Shown in pieces: positions 57,120-64,000 of a stretch of 64,000 bases of DNA; positions within the stretch are counted from its first letter, which is position 1; every line of letters starts with the position of its first letter. Origin of the DNA: Litorimonas sp. WD9-15 (GTDB lineage: Bacteria > Pseudomonadota > Alphaproteobacteria > Caulobacterales > Maricaulaceae). A program made the translations under genes and the position numbers. A model generated the notes under the pieces. That model was not told the origin of the DNA, did not search any database, and saw only the letters and a list, made by a program, of their open reading frames with translations. The DNA lies in NCBI RefSeq assembly GCF_050271975.1, contig NZ_CP189850.1, positions 2,282,551-2,346,550 of the forward strand, given 5' to 3'.

Positions 57120-58910
57120 CTATTTTGACGCGCTATCTGCAACAACTCTTAAAGTTTCATCCGATTGCAAGTCGATGATCGCGCCTTCGAGGAACTTTGC
57201 CTTCACACGGGCACGGGAAAGCTTGCCGGAGCTGGTGATAATCATCGTTGATTTTGGCACCAACATCAGGCGGACGGGCACACCAACCTCCAGGCGAATC
57301 GCCGCCGTGACAGCCGTATAAATTTCTTCCAATAGCTTCGGGTTACGCGTTCGACATTCAAGCAATAGCATAATGTCTTTTTCATCACCCGCACCCCCAA
57401 TGGCAAACGCACAGGCCCGACCACACCGATGTGGCGCGGCAGCTTGTGCGGCCCATTCAATATCCTGTGGCCAAATATTCCGGCCATGCCAGAGAATCAG
57501 GTCCTTAAAACGTCCTGTGACAACCAATTGGCCTTCATGCCAATATCCGGCATCGCCTGTGTCCAACCACCCGTCTTTTGAGAAAGAAGCTTCCGTCGCC
57601 TGCGTATTTCGGAAATAGCCGGGAGACACGGACGGTCCACGGAGACAAACACGGCCAACTTGCTTTTCAGACAAAACGTTATCGTCAAAATCACGAATTT
57701 CGATTTCATGATCCGGTAGGACATGTCCGCAAGCCACAAAAGACCGTCGGCTTTCCTCGCGCGTGACCTCAGACGCTTCAACAGCCTCAGACGTACGCGC
57801 GTAGCGCTCCATATCGATTGTGTGTGTCTTTAGCCCCTGCCCCAATGGCGCAAAAGTTGCGGCCAATGTTGTTTCTGCCAAACCGTATGACGGTGTAAAA
57901 ACGCCCTGCCCAAAACCCATATCTGCGAATAGGTTTTGAAAATCTGTCAGAGGTTCAGGACGCACCATATCACCGCCAATCCCGGCCACACGCCAACTCG
58001 ACAAATCAAGCTCACGATCTTCACGCCAACGCCGCACGCAGAGTTCGTAGCCAAATGTGGGTGAGTAAGAGAGCGTGCCCTTATGATCAGAGATCAATTG
58101 CAGCCATGTAATAGGCCGGCGCGTAAAGTCCTGTGGATCAATGTAATCAACGGACATTTGTGCCGTCATCGGCGCGATCAAAAACCCGATCAAACCCATA
58201 TCATGATAGAGCGGGAGCCAAGAGGTCCCCCGGTCTGTCTCGGTCATTTTCATACCGTGTTTCGTAATCGCCAAGCAATTGGCACAGACGGATTTCTGCG
58301 TTCCAATAATACCCTTTGGCGAAGAAGAGGAACCAGAAGAATATTGAATATAACAGAGATCATCCTTACCAAATGGTCGCAAAACATCTCCCTTTGGCAA
58401 ATTCCCAACAGCCTCAAATGTCATCACTGGAATCGCCTGATCATTTAAGGCCGAACGCATAATGCCGTCCATTGATTCCGGGCATAAAAGTGCGTGAAAA
58501 TCACCCGTATCAGCCATCCGTTGCAATTGCCGTTCATACGAACTCCGCCCGCCCAGCGTAACAGGCAGCGGTACAGGGGCAGCGACAAGACCTGCATATT
58601 GGCAGGCGAAAAACATAACCGCGAATTCGGGAGTCGAAACGGCCGCAATTCCAATACGTGAATTTTTCTTGGCGAATGGAACAAGGCGCTTTGCCATCTC
58701 AATAGCTTGGCTATGAAGATCAGCATAAGAAAGCGCCGCCTTTGGACGTGCTTTACCATCGAAATATGACAGTCCCGTCTTTGCTGTTGCGGCATAGTCG
58801 AGTGCATCACACAGGGTTTCAAAATCGCCATGTCGAATGGGGACACCCCGTTCAGTCGGCAGAACCTGGATGGTTTCGGCTTCAGTCATACTCATATCTC
58901 GCTCAGTCAC
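57120..58910 (-). CDS. acyl-ACP synthetase / fatty-acyl-AMP ligase (ANL adenylating superfamily)
   Basis: 596 aa; AMP-binding motif YIQYSSGSSSSPKGI; directly upstream of ACP-spt. Confidence 0.8.
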   Translation of the reverse strand: MTERDMSMTEAETIQVLPTERGVPIRHGDFETLCDALDYAATAKTGLSYFDGKARPKAALSYADLHSQAIEMAKRLVPFAKKNSRIGIAAVSTPEFAVMFFACQYAGLVAAPVPLPVTLGGRSSYERQLQRMADTGDFHALLCPESMDGIMRSALNDQAIPVMTFEAVGNLPKGDVLRPFGKDDLCYIQYSSGSSSSPKGIIGTQKSVCANCLAITKHGMKMTETDRGTSWLPLYHDMGLIGFLIAPMTAQMSVDYIDPQDFTRRPITWLQLISDHKGTLSYSPTFGYELCVRRWREDRELDLSSWRVAGIGGDMVRPEPLTDFQNLFADMGFGQGVFTPSYGLAETTLAATFAPLGQGLKTHTIDMERYARTSEAVEASEVTREESRRSFVACGHVLPDHEIEIRDFDDNVLSEKQVGRVCLRGPSVSPGYFRNTQATEASFSKDGWLDTGDAGYWHEGQLVVTGRFKDLILWHGRNIWPQDIEWAAQAAAPHRCGRACAFAIGGAGDEKDIMLLLECRTRNPKLLEEIYTAVTAAIRLEVGVPVRLMLVPKSTMIITSSGKLSRARVKAKFLEGAIIDLQSDETLRVVADSASK

Positions 58911-59246
58911 GTCGACTTGACGTACTTTTACAAAAACAGGGTCAATAGGACGTTAACCCTATTTGTAAATGCCCCCGAACATACATCCCACAACTCAAAA
59001 CGCATATCATATAAGATGAAATATGAGTCTCACGCGATGTTACGCAATGTGACAGTTCTGTTGCAGTTTATGACAGTGAAGTCGAGTCTAGGGTATCTGC
59101 GCAACTAACTGAAAAATCATTACATCAATCGCAATTGATTTACCTACGCTAGCGCTACAGCGAGATAGCCTTAACCGTTATACTTGAGAGAGATTAGATG
59201 TAACGGTCTGACATACCAAACCAAAGCTCCCATCAGGATCTAAGAC

Positions 59247-59321
59247 TGGTGGGCGATACTGGGATTGAACCAGTGACCCCTGCCGTGTGAAGGCAGTGCT
59301 CTCCCGCTGAGCTAATCGCCC
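59247..59321 (-). tRNA. tRNA-Val (anticodon CAC)
   Basis: Reverse complement GGGCGATTAGCTCAGCGGGAGAGCACTGCCTTCACACGGCAGGGGTCACTGGTTCAATCCCAGTATCGCCCACCA folds as canonical cloverleaf, CCA encoded. Confidence 0.85.
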
Positions 59322-59380
59322 GTCAGTTCTGACGCGAAAGGCCTCTTAAGGGCTGGGGCTGGACTGTCAACCATTTGGCC

Positions 59381-60421
59381 TCAGTCGGATAATCCGAGTC
59401 GAGCTCTCGCCATGGAGTCGGCAACGACGGTCGTCGCAACCTGATGTTCTGCCGCCTCATCGAAAATCGATTTCAATGTTGTTTCAAGACCTTCCAGCTT
59501 TCCCCTCACCCAATTCGGGTCATAGGTGCCACTGACTTCTGCGGCGACATTGATTATGCCGCCTGCATTGATGACGTAATCCGGCGCATAGAGAATGCCG
59601 CGTTGCCGGCACGCCTCCCCCATCTCCGGCGTGGCGAGTTGATTATTGGCCGCGCCGGCAATGATACCCGCCCGGATATGCGGGAGAGTTTTTTCCGACA
59701 CCGCGCCGCCCAAGGCGCAGGGGGCGTAGATATCGACGGTTTCTTTATGAATGTCCTGCGGGTCAACGAGCATAGCACCCAGCTCATCTTGCGCCTTATC
59801 CAAAACAGCGCGGTTGATATCTGTCACGACAAGTTGACAGCCCGCGCCGTGGAGATGCTCACAAAGCGCATAGCCAACGTGACCGAGCCCCTGCACGGCA
59901 ACGCGAAGGCCTCTTAAAGATTCGAGACCAAATTTGTGGCGCACCGCAACCTTTATGCCGCGAAACACACCTTCTGCGGTGACTGGGGACGGGTCACCCG
60001 AAGCCGCGGGCCCGGTATCAAGACCAGCCACATAATCCGTTTGCGTCTTAATTATCCGCATATCATCCGGAGACACGCCTACATCTTCCGCTGTGATATA
60101 AGCACCACCAACGGCCTCGACGGCCCGACCATAAGCGGCGAATAAGGCGTCCCGATCAAACATGGTTTCCGGGCGCAAAATCACGGCTTTTCCGCCGCCT
60201 AATTCCAATCCCGCCATCGCATTTTTATAGCTCATAGCTTTTGACAGACGGAGCGCATCCGTCAGGGCGTCATCCTGATTGATGTAAGACCAGAGCCGCG
60301 TACCACCCGCAGACGGACCGAGCGTCGTATTGTGCACGGCGATGATAGCGCGCAATCCTGTTGCCTTATCGGTGAAGACATGCACGCCTTCATGGTCATC
60401 ATAATCGGGATGGTCGAACAT
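59381..60421 (-). CDS. Leu/Phe/Val-type amino-acid dehydrogenase (Glu/Leu/Phe/Val DH family)
   Basis: 346 aa; GLELGGGKAVI catalytic Lys motif, Rossmann VQGLGHVGY. Confidence 0.8.
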   Translation of the reverse strand: MFDHPDYDDHEGVHVFTDKATGLRAIIAVHNTTLGPSAGGTRLWSYINQDDALTDALRLSKAMSYKNAMAGLELGGGKAVILRPETMFDRDALFAAYGRAVEAVGGAYITAEDVGVSPDDMRIIKTQTDYVAGLDTGPAASGDPSPVTAEGVFRGIKVAVRHKFGLESLRGLRVAVQGLGHVGYALCEHLHGAGCQLVVTDINRAVLDKAQDELGAMLVDPQDIHKETVDIYAPCALGGAVSEKTLPHIRAGIIAGAANNQLATPEMGEACRQRGILYAPDYVINAGGIINVAAEVSGTYDPNWVRGKLEGLETTLKSIFDEAAEHQVATTVVADSMARARLGLSD

Positions 60422-60423
60422 GG

Positions 60424-61407
60424 TCAGCCGTCTTTCAATGTGGTCAGGCCTGCCGCAGCCGTCTTAAGGAGGGAAAGCGCCATCGCGCCACCTGTACCAT
60501 CACCAATGTTTATGCCGAGGTCCAAAATTGGCGACAGTTGCAGACGCGAGAGCAAGGCATCATGGGCAGGTTCGGCAGAGCAATGCGACGCGATACAATG
60601 GGCGACAGATTTTGGGTCAATTGCGTGAAGAACTGCCGCCGCCGCACAACTGACATAGCCGTCCAGTAGAACGGGTATGCGCTGATGTCCCGCCGCCAGA
60701 ATCGCGCCGATCATCCCCGCAATATCACGCCCGCCAAAGATACGAAGCGTATCGAGTGGATCATCAAGATGGCCGCTATGCGCCTCTATTCCGGCTTCCA
60801 CCGAAGAAATACGCGCCTTCGCCGCCTGTCCACCGGCCCAGTAATTAGCCGCACCCCCATAGAGAGACATTGCGATTCCGGCGGCTGCCGTCGCTGCGCC
60901 GTACCCTGCATTGCCCAATATAATGACGTCCGCGCCTTCGGCGACGACTTCCATTCCGAAAGCAATTGCGGCGGCGCAATCCCGTTCTGACAAGCTGGGC
61001 TCACGTGTGAAATCCGCGCTCGGATATTCTAAACCGAATTCGTAGACTTTGAACGCCGCGCCCAAATCGGATGACATGCCGCGAACGGCCGCCGCACCTT
61101 CGGTCAAGCTTACGACACGGGCTTTTGAGGCTTCGATGATATCCGCATCTGACATTTGCGACGCCACGCCATGTGTTCCCGCAAAGACGGCGATGAGCGG
61201 TCTGGACAGGCGGGGTAGCTGTCCGCCCTGAATGCGGGCAATCTCCGTCAAGGCCCCCTCCAAAGTGCCGAGTGGACGCAAACCCCGCCCTAATGTCTTG
61301 AAGATTGCGCCGAGATCATCGGCCGACACACCGTCCACGGGCGGCATTGACCGCACGAGGTCGCGGATATCGTCAAAAGGACGGCCCTGTTTGTTAGCTT
61401 CGGTCAT
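60424..61407 (-). CDS. cobT: nicotinate-nucleotide--dimethylbenzimidazole phosphoribosyltransferase
   Basis: 327 aa; CobT family pattern (AVFAGTHGV..., ILGNAGYGAATAA..., GDGTGGA). Confidence 0.85.
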   Translation of the reverse strand: MTEANKQGRPFDDIRDLVRSMPPVDGVSADDLGAIFKTLGRGLRPLGTLEGALTEIARIQGGQLPRLSRPLIAVFAGTHGVASQMSDADIIEASKARVVSLTEGAAAVRGMSSDLGAAFKVYEFGLEYPSADFTREPSLSERDCAAAIAFGMEVVAEGADVIILGNAGYGAATAAAGIAMSLYGGAANYWAGGQAAKARISSVEAGIEAHSGHLDDPLDTLRIFGGRDIAGMIGAILAAGHQRIPVLLDGYVSCAAAAVLHAIDPKSVAHCIASHCSAEPAHDALLSRLQLSPILDLGINIGDGTGGAMALSLLKTAAAGLTTLKDG

Positions 61408-61509
61408 GTCTGTCTCGCGTGAATCACTTTGTTAACTGTGAATTCAATACGTCAAATATTGGCACATAGCCTTAAAGTCTTTTCAAATATTTCCAGATAA
61501 AGAAAGATC

Positions 61510-62037
61510 ATGCTGACAAAGACCGCAATTAACGCAGTAACCATTATCGCCGTCTGTGCGGCGGGGGTGTTCTATCTGAATAACCGCTCAGCTGACATTC
61601 CGGTTCCAGCCCCTGCACCTGTTGTCGAAGCGCCTGTGAAAGCCGCGCCGAAAGTTCGTCAATCAGCATCTGTTCTCTCTATCCCCAAGGACCCGCGTTC
61701 CGGGCAATATCATTTTACGGGGCGTGTAAATTCCGGGTCTGTAAAATTTCTAGTCGATACTGGAGCTTCGGCCATCGCCCTCACGCTCAATGATGCCCGG
61801 AAGGCCGGAATTGATCTCAATCGTTTACAATATAATGTTCCCGTCTCAACAGCAGGCGGCATAAATTATGCGGCGGCTGTTCGACTGGACCGCGTGAGCT
61901 TGGGTGGAATTACTTTGCGCGATGTCGATGCACTCGTGCTTCGAGAGGGACTTGATATATCCCTCCTCGGCATGACGTGGTTGGGGCAATTGCAGGAAGT
62001 AAAAGCTACGCCCAGCGCGTTACTCTTGCGGCTTTAA
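61510..62037 (+). CDS. retropepsin-like clan-AA aspartic protease (TIGR02281 family), membrane-anchored
   Basis: 175 aa; N-terminal TM; catalytic FLVDTGASAIAL (DTG). Confidence 0.7.
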   Translation: MLTKTAINAVTIIAVCAAGVFYLNNRSADIPVPAPAPVVEAPVKAAPKVRQSASVLSIPKDPRSGQYHFTGRVNSGSVKFLVDTGASAIALTLNDARKAGIDLNRLQYNVPVSTAGGINYAAAVRLDRVSLGGITLRDVDALVLREGLDISLLGMTWLGQLQEVKATPSALLLRL

Positions 62038-62882
62038 AACAAGCCGGCCTTTCGCGCCATATTCAGCGCCACCAACGCAAGGCATATCCCGAAAACCCGC
62101 CTCAAGACTATAGCATCTAAACGATGGGCGAGCTTCGCGCCTAACGGTACAAATGGCCAAGCCGCCAGAGTGATGAGTGCAAATCCCAAGAGATTGACAT
62201 AGCCGAGCGATCCCGCCGGACGATCAGAAATGCCCCATCCGCTGACAATAAAGCCCAGTGTTGCCGGAACCGCGATGAACAAGCCAAAGGCCGCCGCCGT
62301 GCCAATCGCGCGATGAATGGGTGTTCCGCAGATTGCAAGGAGCGGAACCGACAGCGATCCACCGCCAATCCCCATGAGGGATGAGAGAATGCCAACACCG
62401 CCGCCTGCAATCAGAGGGGCTGGTCCTTTGGGCACTGAGTCGCGAAGTTGAAAGCTTGGGCGTCCAAAGATGAACTGCAACGCGACGACGAAGGCAATGA
62501 CGGCGAACAATATTGTCAACGCAGCGCTGGATAATTTCGGCGCGATCCAAACGGCGGCGATAAAGGCGCCAACACCAATCCAGAGTGCGTAACTTTGCCA
62601 CCACCGCCTACCCGGCCAAACGAGTGACATATCGACAGCACCGCGCGCATGGTGGGCGCGCGTTGAACGGGTCGCATTCAGGATGATCACAGCCGCCGAG
62701 GTCGCGACGGCGCAATGCATGACAACTGACTCAGGTACACCTAATTCTGTAAAAGCGTAGAATAATGCCGGTACCATGACGGCTCCACCGCCAATCCCGA
62801 ACAGCCCCGACGTCAGTCCTGCAACGACCCCGACAGCTGTCAGCGCGAGCATTAATGGCCAGAATTGCAGAAGCTCTGTCAA
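62034..62882 (-). CDS. TauE/SafE-family (DUF81) sulfite/anion exporter
   Basis: 282 aa; two repeated 4-TM halves each with GxGGG (GIGGGAVMVP; GIGGGSLSVP). Confidence 0.8.
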   Translation of the reverse strand: MTELLQFWPLMLALTAVGVVAGLTSGLFGIGGGAVMVPALFYAFTELGVPESVVMHCAVATSAAVIILNATRSTRAHHARGAVDMSLVWPGRRWWQSYALWIGVGAFIAAVWIAPKLSSAALTILFAVIAFVVALQFIFGRPSFQLRDSVPKGPAPLIAGGGVGILSSLMGIGGGSLSVPLLAICGTPIHRAIGTAAAFGLFIAVPATLGFIVSGWGISDRPAGSLGYVNLLGFALITLAAWPFVPLGAKLAHRLDAIVLRRVFGICLALVALNMARKAGLF

Positions 62883-63866
62883 TTAAGCGGCTTGCGCGGC
62901 AGTGTGCATGGCGGTCAAGCCTTCGCGTAACACATCTGAGGGCTTTAGCTTTTGCCCTAAACCCTCGGAGAGCGTTCGCCGCCAAAGCCTTGCGCCCGGC
63001 TGTCCCGCGAAGAGCCCCATCACGTGTCGGATTAAGGCTTTGGTGGAGCGATCTGTGTCCTCGCGGCTTACGGCGTAACGGATGAGTCGGTCTGCGATAT
63101 CCAGACGGGACACATTAAATGCGGGACCGTCGAACCACTGCTGATCCACCTCTGTCAAAATCCACGGCGTGTTATAGGCCGCCCGCCCAAACATGACACC
63201 GTCTAGCGTATCGCCAGCAATCTCTGCCGCATGGGAGACATCGGTCAATTGACCATTCACGATGATCTCCAAGTCTGGAAACTTCACTTTCATGGCGTGG
63301 ACGAGGTCATAATCAATGGGAGGGATGGTGCGGTTATCTTTCGGAGACAGACCTTTCAGCCAAGCCTTACGCGCATGGATAATGAAAGTTTTGCACCCCG
63401 CACCCGCGACCGTTTCAATGAAGCCCGGCAATGTCGCGTGGACATCCTGATCATCAATCCCCAATCGACATTTGACCGTGATCTCTGTCTCACTCGCGCT
63501 GGACATCGCTGTGAAACACTCCGCTACCAAACCCGGCTCCGCCATCAGGCACGCACCGAATCGTCCGGCCTGCACGCGGTCAGAGGGGCAACCCACATTC
63601 AGGTTTATTTCATCATAGCCATAACCCGCGCCAATCTCCGTCGCTTTTGCAAGCTTCTGCGGATCACTCCCGCCAATTTGAAGGGCAACAGGATGTTCTT
63701 CGGGGTTATAGCCGAGCAACCAATCGCGATGACCATGAATCATGGCATCCGCGACCACCATTTCAGTGTAAAGACGCGTCTGGACGGATAATTGACGGTG
63801 GAACCACCGGCAATGCCGGTCCGTCCAATCCATCATAGGCGCAACGCTGACGTGATAATCTCTCAT
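62883..63866 (-). CDS. dusA: tRNA-dihydrouridine(20/20a) synthase
   Basis: Start at MRDYHVSVAPMMDWTD; TIM-barrel Dus motifs incl. NVGCP catalytic Cys. Confidence 0.85.
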   Translation of the reverse strand: MRDYHVSVAPMMDWTDRHCRWFHRQLSVQTRLYTEMVVADAMIHGHRDWLLGYNPEEHPVALQIGGSDPQKLAKATEIGAGYGYDEINLNVGCPSDRVQAGRFGACLMAEPGLVAECFTAMSSASETEITVKCRLGIDDQDVHATLPGFIETVAGAGCKTFIIHARKAWLKGLSPKDNRTIPPIDYDLVHAMKVKFPDLEIIVNGQLTDVSHAAEIAGDTLDGVMFGRAAYNTPWILTEVDQQWFDGPAFNVSRLDIADRLIRYAVSREDTDRSTKALIRHVMGLFAGQPGARLWRRTLSEGLGQKLKPSDVLREGLTAMHTAAQAA

Positions 63867-63943
63867 ATTCACAGGCCTTAAACGCAAAACGCCCCGAACA
63901 AAAGTCCGAGGCGTTTGAGTATCTATTTCCATTTCCGGAGAAA

Positions 63944-64000
63944 TGGCGCGAGTGACGGGACTCGAACCCGCGGCCTCTGGCGTGACAGGCCAGCGCTCTA
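63944..64000 (-). tRNA. tRNA-Asp (anticodon GTC), 3' portion; truncated by window end
   Basis: Reverse complement ...GCTGGCCTGTCACGCCAGAGGCCGCGGGTTCGAGTCCCGTCACTCGCGCCA: anticodon loop CTGTCAC, T-arm, acceptor + CCA. Confidence 0.8.

Noticed and set aside
1-64000. CRISPR arrays, transposases, integrases, toxin-antitoxin pairs
   Set aside because: I scanned for regularly spaced direct repeats and for DDE/tyrosine-recombinase-like ORFs. None was found. The only repeat arrays are coding RTX nonapeptides.

Overview
The window reads as an alphaproteobacterial chromosome segment of about 50-55% GC, mostly housekeeping genes with several accessory blocks.

Core genes recognised from their translated sequence include trhO, proC, an EnvZ/OmpR-like two-component pair, ilvE, a MarR regulator, two different NADP-isocitrate dehydrogenases (dimeric and monomeric) facing each other, pcm-surE-serS, gltX-nadE, HU, class II DAHP synthase, gor, rpiA-glmU, gph, cfa, lptF-lptG, cobT and dusA. 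There is an intact tRNA-Val(CAC) and a partial tRNA-Asp(GTC) at the window edge.

Accessory content: (i) two tandem paralogous ~900-aa proteins, each with an N-terminal HExxH-containing domain and a long C-terminal array of RTX-type GGxGxD calcium-binding nonapeptide repeats (putative type I secretion substrates), with no secretion genes nearby; (ii) a compact array of tRNA-like or pseudo-tRNA elements followed by a GC-rich non-coding tract, a GC-rich SPFH/band-7 gene and an AT-rich serine-hydrolase gene, i.e. a compositionally mosaic islet; (iii) a multiply frameshifted MipA/OmpV outer-membrane gene.

The most interesting signal is a lipid block. It holds a clear serine palmitoyltransferase-ACP-acyl-ACP synthetase sphingolipid core and a DAG-kinase-like lipid kinase plus a Tam41/Mmp37-like nucleotidyltransferase next to lptFG. 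About 5 kb away is a tightly translationally coupled five-gene operon: nucleotidyltransferase, HAD-IB phosphatase, an 835-aa fusion of an MprF-type flippase-like membrane domain with a CDP-alcohol phosphotransferase, a second (MobA/CofC-like) nucleotidyltransferase, and a 384-aa GNAT-like acyltransferase. Together these look like a largely uncharacterised sphingolipid head-group biosynthesis and export system.

No CRISPR arrays, transposases or integrases were seen. Many long antisense ORFs in the ORF track are frame artefacts.
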